DNA from: Piedraia hortae CBS 480.64 | Taxonomy: Eukaryota | Assembly: GCA_010093745.1 (NCBI GenBank) | Contig: MU005960.1 | Location: 1-64,000, forward strand | DNA length: 64,000 nt | Reading direction: 5' to 3' | Part shown: positions 21,525 to 33,830 of the stretch, piece by piece | Layout: every line of letters starts with the position of its first letter | Position numbering within the stretch: position 1 is the stretch's first letter | The notes under the pieces: generated by a model | Told to the model about the DNA's origin: nothing | What the model saw: only the letters and a program-made list of their open reading frames with translations | Databases searched by the model: none | Program-made: the position numbers and the translations under genes

Positions 21525-24500
21525 TCTTTTGATGTCATGATTTGAAAATCTCTGATATGACGCAAGGGTGACGTTCGTCTGCACAAGAGCTCACAAGGTG
21601 GATGTAGACGGAAACAATTGCCAGGCGGCAGATTTGACTAGAGTGGCGCCTTTGCTACACATAGAGTTTGTTGCCCTTGCAAGACGATACATGGAGTCGC
21701 TAAGGTCTTTACCTCAAAAAGCGGCAATATCTGTCAAACATATTTGAATTAACAGTATGGTTAATGCAGTAATTGCCTGCCTTTGCTTAAGTGAACTGGC
21801 GTGGCGAATGCTAGCGCATGAGATAACAAAGAACAAAGATGTATGTCCTCCCTGAGCGGTAGACAAAGAAGATCTGAACTTTTGTCAGCTTCATACAATG
21901 TATTCAGGTTATCACTGCGCGGAATATCTTTCTTCGGGTCAAAAGTGAGGTGTGTATAATCGCTGGAACTTCATGACGAAGGTTCTCAGCGTTAATGTCA
22001 AGTCCATAAAAACCCGCAGCCAGCAGCGAGCCCATACTGGACTGCGGGTAAGGCCGGAAATTTTGCATCCACCCGAGCCATTTGTGACTTAAGAGCGCGG
22101 AGCTAACCACAGTATACTAAATCCTCCTGAAAGTTCACAGAACCGCCCCTTCAAGCACCATATCCTCCAGACCCTGGAACCTATCGCATGTCCAGCTCGA
22201 AAAACGCTTACCGGCAGAAGCCCAGTTGTGGACATACCATGATGGGTTCAATTGGACCGTGGGATGGCTACCGTCCGCTTTGCAGTGGACCATGCGGGCA
22301 TGCTGGCGGGGATGGCGGCATCATCGTTAGGAGCAGAGGTAAATTGAAGCACTGCGGTATAGCTTACGAGGCTTGGCCCCAATTCCTCAACTCAACGCCC
22401 CTTTCGCTGCAATAGCGGCAGAAGCGCTCGCAGCTCTGAATTGTGAGATATGACCCGAGGGTATTGGCAGGCCAAGGGTCGATGTGACCGCGCCTTGCAG
22501 GGCGTGGTTATATGTCGGAAGGTCGGTATGGAAGGGAGGTGCTGTGCCCACAGAGTGGTATGGTTGCTTACAGGGTCTGTGGTACGCAGGAGAGTGGAAG
22601 GAAGAGGAGCAAGTGGCGGGGAGGCGAGAAGCACAAAGCCCTATGATTAATGAACTTCAGAGCAAAGTCGCGTCAAGTGTAGTCTGTGCATGTTCAAATT
22701 TTGACCATAACACCCGCAGACGCGTCTTCAATGCAGTGGCGTATCCAGTGCGTGTTCAAATTTCTGAATCTGATACCGAAAGACGCGTCAATACTAAGAT
22801 TCGCGGCGAAACGTGATGCATAGTGTCGTGAGTACTGAGCAAGTTATAATATATCTTTCCAACAACGCCAAGAGCTAGATGCTTAGCGGTTATGTATATC
22901 CACAGTACTTGATTATCGTTTGATAGGATGCGACGGCTATTCGACGAACCACAGGGTATACTTTGTACCGACTCGCAACTCTTTCGCGCTGCTAATCATG
23001 CCGTTCGGATATTATCTTGTCAATAAAACTTAGAGTTCAAGTCACGTGACAATTGCACAATTTCATTCGCAATCAGTATATGACGCCAGGCTGCGTATCT
23101 GTGGCCACACACGGAGATGACTGCACCTTCAGTCAGGTACAGAAAATCGAGACAGATCAAACAATTGAACTTCGCATCAGGGAGAAGTCGGGTGCGAGAA
23201 TGGTACTGTACGCAGTCCGTCTAGCGCAGATCTGTGGTAGATCTTCCGCAGCTCTCCGCAGCCCTTGTCAGCGATGTACGCAAGCTCACATCGGTTCGCT
23301 ATAGATTTAACAGCCCAACATCTGCCTCCAATTGTATCTCTTCGGAAGATTCTCTGCTTTCTCACATGCGGGCCTACCCTTGGGCCTCCTGACATACGCT
23401 CCCTCAATGTGCTTGTGATTGGTCGACGCTCCCTTCTCTTCCTCGTTGCCGTCGGTCAGTTCCTGTAGAAAATTAAGAGTAATTGCCACACTCCGTCCTG
23501 GGTTGATCAAGGTGAGGGTGACAAGCCCTGTTGTAAGGTTAGCATAATGCCTCCGAAGCAATGACAGATATACGTACTGCACACGCTTGGCTGACCATAC
23601 CAGAGAGCATGGGGAGCCGATTGCTCTTTGTGCTCTCCGTCATAAGGTTTTCTGCAACAGGTACAGGGATGTCGTAGCATGACTTTGATATGTTCCTCAT
23701 CCATCCCGTCGTCCTTTCACTCGATATACCAAGGCAATAACCAAACCTCTTGCCGATTGTGATTTTCGTTGTCACGGTGTGTGACATGTTGTCGCTGACA
23801 ACACCATGGCCAGCAAGAGACTGATTTCATTGTTTACAATACCGAACAAGGAAGATGCCGGGCGACATTCTCCAATGGCTTGACAACAGGCACATTGAGG
23901 TGTCAATTCCCAGGCCGTGTTCGGACTCGCGCTGGCCCAACTGGTCGAACTCGGCCAATGCGGGTCATACACAATCCCATCTAGGCTTTAGCCTGTACAC
24001 ATGTGGCACGCCACGTTGAATGGCATACAACAGAGACGACTCCTTGCCCATTAGGGTCAACAGCTCCACCGAGTTGAGAACTCAGTGGGCATGAAGTCAC
24101 GCAAGGAGTCCGAAAGGAAAGGACGCAGCCGCACGCGCGAACACCGTTTGGAAGCCTCAGTAGGTGATAACAAGAAGTTACGTTGAAGAGAGTATACTGC
24201 CAACGGTGTTGAATGACTGGCCAGACAGAAATAGAAGGAAGTGTGAAGAAGGGTGGATGGGAGGAGTCTGGGGGTGACTGGCTGCGCACGGATCGTCTTG
24301 CTAGCCGCAGGTCTGCGCAGCAAAGTTTAAAGCTGGCAGTTCTGCACAGATATGTGCTAGACTGGCTGTGTAGCGGGTGGGTACGAATTATGCAGATCAG
24401 TAATGCTTGATGAGGATGATTCACTGAGATTGGAACATGATTTTCCAACAAGTTGAAGCATCTGACAGAGAGCAGAGAAAAACATTGCTGTAATACGTTA

Positions 24501-24698
24501 CATTGTGTGGTCCGCCAAATACAAATTGATCTGCTGCGCAAGATTTATCTTCTCTTTCCATTGTTCAAAGAAACCTCACAATACATATACAGCAACACAA
24601 ACACAGCAACACGTCAGGATACACAGTGTGTGGGTGGAGATATAAGAGTCTAATGTACCTGGCTATGGCTCCTATAAGAGAATCTCAGCAAGAAAGTC

Positions 24699-25670
24699 AT
24701 GGACAGCGGCTCGTCCATTGACAAAGGGCACGGTCGCGCGGAAACTCTCAGCGCTGACCCTGTCAAGTCGCTCGAAGAGCCTGCGACCGAAAAAAGCAAC
24801 CAATCCGAGCTAGCCGAGGCAATCACCGTACTGCCAAGCACCCTTAATCGGCCGAATACCTTATACTTCATCCCCAGCAAGCCTTCTGAGATTAAGAAGC
24901 AGCATCTTGAAGTTCCGACTGGTGAATCAAGGCACAGCACCTCCTCTGATGGTTATTCGAGCGAGTACTCTCAGTCCATAGGCGGGCCACCACATAGCCC
25001 CTCAGGGTCGGACAACGAGAATAATCACTTGTTCGCCCGAGAGGTGACATATTCCCCCCTTTCATGGTCCTCAATCCCAGAGCTAGAGTACTACAGTCTC
25101 CCGGCACTTTTCAACGAGGGTACAAAAAATTCAAAGAGCCGTCCTCGCCGTGCTCTTGATGTGCTCGGTCAAAGCCTTGACCCTCGCCAATACTTCAAAC
25201 GTCACTCCGCCAAGACTTCTTCTGCCTTGAGTACTCGCTCTCAGGGTCGCAAAAGTAGGGAGCGCGTTAGGAGCCTAGGAGGCGGTGGCGGAGGAGGGGC
25301 TTTCAGATCCCTTTCTACGCGTGCGAGGGACTCTGCAAAGGGTGCTGTGCACAAAGGCGTTGGTGTCGTGGCAGATAGACGTCGCCATAGGGTGGCGGTT
25401 TCTATCGAAGTGGTCCCTGGGACTTTCCGCAACATCGATGGACCGCCTATTCGAACAATCTCACTGGATGAAGCTCGTCGCAGACCTAGTCTTACACGGT
25501 GTGATTGGGATGTCGGGGTTGAGAGAAGGATGATGCATGGTGATGCCAGGCCGTTGGGCAACTATGTTCCATCCACGGACCTTGTGAGAGTTCTTAGTGG
25601 TGGGTCCAGCGAAATTACTCTTTGGAGTGACTTTATCGATGCGTATCGCAGCGGCAGTGGTGATGTGTAG
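24699..25670 (+). CDS. hypothetical protein (323 aa, Ser/Arg-rich)
   Basis: Long ATG-initiated ORF; no motif recognised. Confidence 0.6.
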   Translation: MDSGSSIDKGHGRAETLSADPVKSLEEPATEKSNQSELAEAITVLPSTLNRPNTLYFIPSKPSEIKKQHLEVPTGESRHSTSSDGYSSEYSQSIGGPPHSPSGSDNENNHLFAREVTYSPLSWSSIPELEYYSLPALFNEGTKNSKSRPRRALDVLGQSLDPRQYFKRHSAKTSSALSTRSQGRKSRERVRSLGGGGGGGAFRSLSTRARDSAKGAVHKGVGVVADRRRHRVAVSIEVVPGTFRNIDGPPIRTISLDEARRRPSLTRCDWDVGVERRMMHGDARPLGNYVPSTDLVRVLSGGSSEITLWSDFIDAYRSGSGDV

Positions 25671-26096
25671 CTTGTTGACTAGTCTGTGCGCAGTACAGTA
25701 GCATAAAGGAGTTCCTTGATTCGTTGCTTGTTTATCTATGTCATCCCACTTGCAGTAAAATTCCGTCTGAATTCACCATCTCCATGAAGAGTGCTTGTGA
25801 TCGCTCCAGGAGTACCATTTCACGAGAGAAGCTCAGGCCTATGATTCACGACTACTGGGGAGTTTCAAAGCTCGAATTCTTCTATGTGCTTACTACCCGA
25901 GACATCAAGAGTCTACAAGCCCTACCGAGTCCAGCACAGGGATGAACAGCAACCCTCGTGCCTTTTCACTGTAATTTTGTGGCATAACTTTTACCGCGTA
26001 TGCTGCTTTGCGCGATATAGCCACGACAGCAGGTCTCATGGTGTAATTCTGGGACCTACGAGGCACAAGCATGTCTATGTCTATGAAACTCAGGTT

Positions 26097-26121
26097 GGGG
26101 GGGGGGGGGGGGGGGGGGGGG
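26097..26121 (+). repeat. G25 homopolymer
   Basis: Seen directly. Confidence 0.95.
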
Positions 26122-26887
26122 AAGCGGATACACTGTGCAGGTAATACTTGACTAACTAGAATTGAAAACAGGCCAACCATCTTACGAGAGGCGGTCCAGT
26201 CAGCCCGACAGAGTCCCTTCATCCTGCTTGTCCCTGGTTGCATTGCAAAATACGTCGTCTTTGAACCGTTAAAAAGAGCCGGACAAAATATCTGACCCTC
26301 TCCCCAGTGGTAGTGAGGGCTCTACACCAACCGCCATCTCCAGCCTCGCCCCACCACCGTTTCTCAGCTGGAAGCCTTCATGCTCACGCAGTCCATAGCA
26401 CTAGACGAAGACTCCGTAGTCGCTTACGGTTGCAATCAATCAACACATGTCCTCGCTGCTGAACTGCCTGGTATCTTGGTCCTGGATCTCAGCCCACATT
26501 ACAAAGGCATTCAGGTTGAGGCTCTCGCCTCACTACTTAATGCAAGTCCCGAGCATGATATAGTTGAGTTAGCATATCATACACTACGAGTGAAACATCC
26601 CATACCAATCATGCGATTCTTAGTGCGTGACTCGACGTGGTGGGCATTGATTCCCTTGCGCTTTTCGCTATTTTCTCCGGTATACCCACAATTTTAGCGG
26701 CGTCCATGTGGACACTGTTTTCAAGAGAAGTTCTAATCACTTCAAACGACTGTGAAATAAGTGTTCAAGTCATCCTTGGTGCCTTTAATGTACATGATGC
26801 CAAGGCGCTGACTAATCTGTCTATACTTAGGTGACGTCAAGACTTATCGATCACCGACGCGTGGCTCTTTACGCTTTGCTGCATGTC

Positions 26888-27973
26888 ATGTCTGGCATGG
26901 CGCCTAAAAGAAAGATCAGCTACGAGCTCGTCATGGCCGCTAAAGGAGCCATCGAAAAAGCCATTGAAAGGGATAACGTCCTGATGGCTTGGATGTTCCT
27001 ACACATCCTCGAGCAGACCAGAGAAGATGATGATCTTCGAGCCTTGTATTCTGTTATCCTATTTAACACAGCAGACGCTACTCAGTTTGAACAGTTTGAA
27101 ACGTACGTTAAGAAGGAGGTGGAACTCTTCAAAAAGCAAGCGACAGTCAACGAGGCGACTGGATTAAGGAGCCCGCCTATGTCAGTTGAGCCGCTGATAG
27201 ATGCACCTCAGAAGGAAGACGCGGCCCTCGTTGTCGGTCCTAAGATGCCGCTTGGAACCCCCGAGTCGGATTGCTGTTTGCAAGTGACGACTGTGACAAA
27301 CGTTCGCAGCAGAAGCAAAAGCGAGAGTAATCATAAGCCCACAAAATCATTGTCTGCATTTACCGTCAAAAAGAGTCTTCCGCGCAAAGCAAAGATACAG
27401 AAACTGAGGACAGACTCTCTTGTAGAGGAAACGATGTCTGCAACCCCACACGCCACTTCTTTGACCGATAAACAAATCTCTGATCATATTGCGACCCCCG
27501 ATACGCTCAAACCCTCGAACTTGGGAAGGGAAGAATCCGCGAGCAAGCAATTCAATGCTGCCGAGGAAGTGGCTTTAACAAGCTACGTTACAAGGACTTT
27601 GGACAAAACGCTGCAGTCAGCAGATGCCATGGCTATCGAGAGGCGCAAGCTCGAATTCCGTCGGCTTTTCAAACCTGTGCCTCGGAGTCAACAGCATGGG
27701 AGTTTGGCGCCTAAGAAAGCTCAAGCGCGCAATGCTAAGAACAATGAAGATTTCACAGATAAGAAAGAAGATATGACTTTGAAGCGCCCTGCTTCTGAAG
27801 ATGTTGCGGATCATTATAGGGCCAAAAGAATCCGTGCTAGCAATGAGTCCACGAACGAAATGAAGGAACCTTTGAGAACGGTGAAGGCTGGCAAGAAAGG
27901 TCAGGGTTCCCTCGAAAGGAACAAAAGCAAGGGCGCATCGCGTAAGATTCAAGGGCGTATGCCTGCGAAATGA
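26888..27973 (+). CDS. hypothetical protein (~360 aa; helical N-terminus, basic disordered tail)
   Basis: Uninterrupted ORF with ATG at 26888 or 26897 (MAPKRK). Confidence 0.65.
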   Translation: MSGMAPKRKISYELVMAAKGAIEKAIERDNVLMAWMFLHILEQTREDDDLRALYSVILFNTADATQFEQFETYVKKEVELFKKQATVNEATGLRSPPMSVEPLIDAPQKEDAALVVGPKMPLGTPESDCCLQVTTVTNVRSRSKSESNHKPTKSLSAFTVKKSLPRKAKIQKLRTDSLVEETMSATPHATSLTDKQISDHIATPDTLKPSNLGREESASKQFNAAEEVALTSYVTRTLDKTLQSADAMAIERRKLEFRRLFKPVPRSQQHGSLAPKKAQARNAKNNEDFTDKKEDMTLKRPASEDVADHYRAKRIRASNESTNEMKEPLRTVKAGKKGQGSLERNKSKGASRKIQGRMPAK

Positions 27974-28337
27974 GCTCAGATGCTTTTAATGCGAAAATCG
28001 TGTCGGAGACGTAGTGTCCTTGCGGACCTTATAGGCAGCGAAAGTCGGACTTTCGAATAGATAGAGAGTAATGTCAGACTGTGGAGATAAGATGGCTGAA
28101 CAAAGGCCATTCCGTCTCCTCCCCTCTCCCACCTTGCGCCATCGAGCTGCACTTCGCGTGGCGCATTTGTTTGCATGCCAAACCAGCCAGCAAGCTTATA
28201 CAAGTACAAACACAACCCATATCTTAACTGAAGAAATGTCCCAAAGCTCGCCGTTGCTTGTGCAGAGACGCTCCGAGATGATGCGCATAGTAGGGTGCCA
28301 CACAGCATGGAGCAGGCACCCCTGCATATGGAAAACA

Positions 28338-28581
28338 TTTTATTGAGAAGTATAGGTGCCATACTTCGGCTTGATAACAAAGACTATACAAAGAAAAATC
28401 CTGTAAAGCAAAATGCTCAAAGAGCATAATGAAGAGGACAGTTGGGCAATGGAGTAATTTTTAAAATTGTTTGAACAAAAAAGCTACTTGTAAATAAACT
28501 CGTTGCTGAACAGCAGAAAGATAATTTTGTAAAAACTCAATCTTCAAAAAGATTACGCTACGCAGCAACTATCTTCCAACA
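28338..28581 (+). mobile_element. solo LTR, family B (244 bp), TSD AAACA
   Basis: Colinear with 1229-1618. AAACA at 28333-28337 and 28582-28586; the 5' TG is mutated. Confidence 0.88.
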
Positions 28582-29249
28582 AAACAAACGCATGTTGTGA
28601 AATGGAGTCCAGTGTACGCCTCCTGGGCGTGGTCACCCGGGAACAGAAAGTAAGATGCAGGACTTGCAGCCTTGGTGGCTCTCTGGTGCACTTGGCGATA
28701 TGCCTTGTCTTGACGTTGAGTCACTGCCCCTCAGTTAGACGCCATCTGTCTCATACGCGAAGAAGTGGGCTTATCGTGAGACAGATGCCGCCCGGAGTGA
28801 CCGTTTCACCTCCTCATGCATCGACAGCTTGAACACATGAGATCGGTCTCCTGATGCGGAGCTGACTCTTCTTCGCTCAAACCAAGTTTGCCCAGAGACG
28901 AACCATTGCTTGTGAACATTCTTCCAGGCAAGCTATTCCTTTGCAGCAAAAGCCATAGAGCACTGGGGGCCGAGCTTAACCCGATCTCTGAGTGTTTATT
29001 CTTGATTATATGGATTTGGTGCTGTTTGCACCCGTTTTGCCGCCTTTTTTTCTGCAATGATCTGCAATGATGGCCAAGGCAACCGACCGACTCTCTCAAG
29101 TCCGATTAATTACCCAGATGCTGATAACACAAGCAAACTTATGAGTCTTTCTGGACGCTCTGCACCATACCTTGGACGTCCGTTTTGCATGCATTTTTGA
29201 CTATGAAGTCAAGCTCGACCGGAGGGGGGGGGGGGGGGCAATTCGTTTT

Positions 29250-29800
29250 ATCCATAGACCTTGCAGCGTGACTTTGCAGCATTGGGATCGATGGGTTGAT
29301 GCTCTGCCAAAGTATGTTGTTATCGACAAAGTATACACACGCAGAAATCTGCTTTCATGGAGAGTACGTCCTGCTCAAGGTATTGACCAATTGCTACAGG
29401 CAACAAACGATAGCAAATTCACTCTCCGAATGAATCTCTCCGAACGCCTTTTCGAACTTGTGCCAAGTCTATTCATGCTCTTCTTCGGACGGCGCATCTT
29501 ATATGGCACGCAACTCAGCAAGCATGCCGTCGGCAACATAGCGAATCTTTAATCCCTGACACAGGGCGCAACGCCATCAATTTGCTGATTTTATGGGCTG
29601 TTACGCATCCCATCAAAAAAGTGCTCTCTCGTTCCCTCTTAAGAAGCAACCACGCAGCAATAGTACTCTGCCTAGCCTATAAGTACCAGTTGAAGAGGAC
29701 CTCATGGTTCCAACGGCGTAACCTCGTGCGCTTCCCTTCAGCCCTTCCTGCCATTCCTCAATATTTCCATTGAGAAACGACAAGGTTGCAACAAGCCTGA
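29250..29800 (-). pseudogene. possible Mutator/MULE transposase relic
   Basis: Broken minus-strand frames give LRAI*DAPSEEEHE*TWHKFEKAF, QYLEQDVLSMKADFC and TYFGRASTHRSQ, reminiscent of the MULE 'FG..TT.R.E' region. Several stops and frameshifts. Confidence 0.35.
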
Positions 29801-31105
29801 ATCTGCGAGACCTTCTATACATCCACGCTATGCGGCCTTGCAGTACTCGGTTTTTAACATCTCAGGGTGATAGATCTCAAATCTACCCATGACTGATTGA
29901 TGCTGGCCACACGCCATTCGCGGTATGATACGTCCCTGTCTCCAATGAGGTATTGAGAGACCATTGATGTAGTATACGGAGATGTAACGGCATTGGATCG
30001 AGCAAACGCCATCTGGCTTGAGCTGATTCCTTCGGCATCATGAATGCCACAAGAGATGGGCATGCGTTTGCAATGTTCTAGTTGGGCATTAGTCATCTAT
30101 CAAATCTCATCAGTACATTGTGACTGGCTGTGATTAACGTATCATTCCCATGCTCCTATGGGCCTTAAAGAATTGAAACCGTGTTTACCCTGCCCACTCA
30201 ATACTTTTCAGACCACAAAGGAAATTCATATCGTCTCTTCGAACTACATCTCTACCAGTTGCATGAAGGACACCAGGGCGAGGTTGTCGGTCGATAACTT
30301 TTGGCACATCCTTCAAGTAAATGGCCAGTTCCACCGCTTTTAGTATAGAGTCGTTCAAGTCTGACTCATGACTATTGGCCTCACTGTATAAACTGCAGCT
30401 AAGAGCCTCAATGCCAGTGAGATCAGAGCCTTCTGCCTTCCAACTACACCGAGTACGGGAACACGTCAGCGGCGCTCTGCCAGAGAGGCCTTGCACAGGC
30501 ACACCGGATTCGCTATGTTGAGGTTTCAGGTCAAAGAGGAGAAGCAGGAAAACATCAATTGTCTGTCCGCGACTGTGGGCCTAAGAAAAATAGTTGTCAA
30601 TGGGTGGCTAGGCGCGCACCAGCAATGTCATTGGCGCAGGTTGCGAAGATCAATAGGGCACGGCCAACGGGCACGAGCGGAAGAGCATTCCAAGGCGTTT
30701 TTCTTTGAACCATTCACGGCATCAGTGCGACACTCGGATTGTCGCGAAACGAACAACCTTCCACGGCATAGTTGGCCTCTTTATCCAGATGTGGATATCC
30801 AGCCGGGGGTGTTGTTGATTGAGTTGCCTTCAAGTACAAGTATTTGCTGGAGCTTGGCGAGGTATTTGCACCTCCCGGCCTGCACCGTCCGTATCACATG
30901 GGACGCCACTCGACAATATGCAACATTCTGCTCCTTAGAGACAACTCAGTCCTTAGCTAGGTATCCAGTATCACTATCGTTACTGCGCTCCTGTCGCAGG
31001 CCGATCGCGACCGGCAATTAGCAGCGCAGCTAACATCACTCGGAGGTCTCAGCTTTCCCAATCACTTTGCCATTGCAAAACGTTGGAGAGAATTTGGTGG
31101 ATTTG

Positions 31106-31233
31106 TGTTATAATTGTGAGTAGATGTGTACCAGTATGCATACAAGTCTCTACGGAAAACTAGTAAACGCGTCAAGTCGAGAACCGAGCACCAATTACTA
31201 ATAATGCGCGTAATATATCGCTTATTCACAACA
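31106..31233 (+). mobile_element. 128-bp solo LTR, family C, TSD ATTTG
   Basis: TGTT...AACA ends with ATTTG at 31101-31105 and 31234-31238. Homologous to 1-95. Confidence 0.9.
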
Positions 31234-31470
31234 ATTTGTAACGCAAAGCTTGCATTCACCTTAATTCTAGGATTAGGGTTATTCCCAACTAGGGTTACGC
31301 ACCCTACCTCGATGTGGACCCAACAGTTTCATGACATCAGGTTCATGACGTGGCAGCGACAGCTCGTCATTGGCGCAATACGATCCCCACCCTGGCGACC
31401 CCTCATCATCTCACGATTTTCTCCATCGTCCTTTGTCGCTTGCGGTCCTAATCGCATTCGGCGGTTCACA

Positions 31471-32250
31471 ATGGCACCACTCTACACAGATGATACGCCA
31501 AAGGATGTTAAAGACGCCAAAGGCCTTCATCTCATTACTATGAGTGAGTGATTTTGGCCCTACCAATGCCCCAAACTGACAGTCAGAGACACACCCAATG
31601 GCCAGGCTGTTCAGATCATGTTGGAGGAACTAAAGGCCGTGTACGGCACTGAATTCACCACCACCGTGATCAATATCATGACCAATGAGCAAAAGAAGGA
31701 TTGGTTCCTACGTCTGGACCCCAATGGCCGGATTCCAGTGCTTGTGGATAACACAACGAGGCCGCCATTCCCAGTCATGGAAACATCTGCTGAAATGCTA
31801 TATTTGCTGAAGAAGTATGACCAGAAGGACGAGTTTGGCTTCAAAGACGACTTGGAGCGCAGCCAAGCGTTACAATGGACATTCTTCTGGCACGGCAGCG
31901 GAGCCCCTTATCAGGGTCAAGTCTATCATTTCAGGAACGTGTCCCCGGAGAAGATTCCCTATGCAATTGATCGGTTTGCCAACGAAACTCTTCGTGTTTT
32001 TGGCGTGCTTGAGATTCAACTTAGCGGAAAGTATGCCGATGGGCCCAGAGATTACCTTGCTGGCAATGGCAAGGGAAAGTATAGCGTTGCAGATATGAAA
32101 ACCTGGCCTTGGGTGCGAGGTTGGGAGAGAATGGGTTTCACACGCGAGCAAATGGACAAGTTTCCTAATCTGTTGAAGTGGATCGATCGCATTGCTCAAC
32201 GTCCAGCTGTGCAAAAGGGTATTGGTGAGGCATATGCACTCAAGGAGTAA
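31471..32250 (+). CDS. glutathione S-transferase (Ure2p/YfcG-like class); one intron at ~31544-31588
   Basis: TPNG..VQI.LEEL, DPNGRIP, ETSA and YSVADMK.WPW motifs. Intron has GTGAGT donor and CTGAC branch. Confidence 0.92.
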
Positions 32251-32657
32251 GTGGTTGAATGTGTTTATTGTAGCTGAAACTCTATCATTGAACTAGTCCT
32301 CATCCCTCTTCCGTATCGACAGTTTAGGCTGGTCTACGCTTACTGTTGTTCGTTTGATGATTCAGTATCTTGAGAGGGGTTCCTTGGTGATTTATCCAGG
32401 TGCGGGACGTGCAATTGAATTTTTGGAAACCGGTCTGTGCAATATTGTGCCAATTAACGCCACGGGGTGGCCGGGCCGACCCGTGCACAAAATCATTCCG
32501 TGTGATGGGACCAGTTCCCCAAACGATGTGTGAAATCTAAGGGCCACATGTTCACCCCCTTACGCCATGCGAAACAATGCCAGACGCGCAGATTTTTTGA
32601 TACACACCTTCGTACAAACTTTTTGCTGGACGTAATGGAATTTTGGCATATATGTCT

Positions 32658-32961
32658 TGTCAGAAGGAGGTGGCACCTACCATGACCACAACTGTAGATA
32701 GAAGTCGAAACTTCTCAGGGTTTTTACCTCTATAGAGAAAGTTTCCCCTGGGACGGGTCATTTTCTCGTTCATGCTTAAGGGCATGTTTCGCTGACGTTG
32801 TCCTGGCGAATGCGGTTAGGCTGAGGTAGTGTGGGGAAGGTTTCAAACCTCATCTCGCATAGAGATAGATATCTACATCCTCCTTTTGGTCAGAGTTGAG
32901 TGCACACATTTGTCTTTGATCTACGCTCCGCTTTAGTCCTCGGAGGTTCACCCCTCTGACA
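32658..32961 (+). mobile_element. solo LTR, family D (304 bp), TSD TGTCT
   Basis: TGTCAGA...TCTGACA ends with TGTCT on both sides. Copies at 39163-39461 and 96-194. Confidence 0.92.
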
Positions 32962-33830
32962 TGTCTACTTTATTTGACCTCATCCTCTCGACTCATTTGA
33001 AACTCAGAATGGCTGTACGATTCTGTTGACGTTTTCGTTGTGTTCAATGTCAGTGGCGAGCGCAACCGCTCTTTTCCGTTCAATACCAAGCTGTGTGGGC
33101 TAGATATTGACCCATGTGGATATTTTCTGGTATACTTGCACATTTGATTTGCTGGGCGCATCATAATAGAGTTACCAGAGCATGTTTTATCCGTATGTTT
33201 CTACGCATCACTCAGAGCACGTCGGACCGTGAGAGTTCGCGTGGAATCGTACAGGTCTTGATAGTGGCTCTGCAAGAGAAGCGTGCTTTTGATCCAAAGC
33301 AGTATGGACGGCATAAAAGAATGGAACTATGGCATGGTATACCTCTCCAAATGGATCGTAGGCATTACTGTGAGCAATCAATTTTCGGAGGAGCATGCCT
33401 ATGCATGCGTTATGTGTCAAGAAGGGCTATAGCAATGACTCAAATCTCATGTGCACCGTGCTACATTACACAAGTGCGTGCAGAAAGTGGTGTCTCCCAC
33501 GAGGTTGCATCACAACCAGCATGATGCTGCTGATAACTAGTGTGTGGCGCCATGGACAAATTACCTTCTCATTAGCTGTGATAGTTTGTGCATGCGAGGC
33601 AAGTGGTGAACCACGGCCATAGACCTTAAATGACCATTTCTTTGTGTAAGCACGAGCAGCATCAGTAGAGTTCAATTTTCACACCTGACCAATAACGTAG
33701 GACGCGGTGTCACCTGGTCTACAAATCGACCCATCGATATACCTCTCTTGTGGAAGATATTCAGTTTGATCCAAACTCCCAATTACTACTCTCTCCTGCG
33801 AGCCAACTCTACAATACCCGACTTAACATA

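Noticed and set aside
22824..23051. Further solo LTR candidates (also 35116-35225)
   Set aside because: TG...CA-like ends but no TSD and no second copy in the window.
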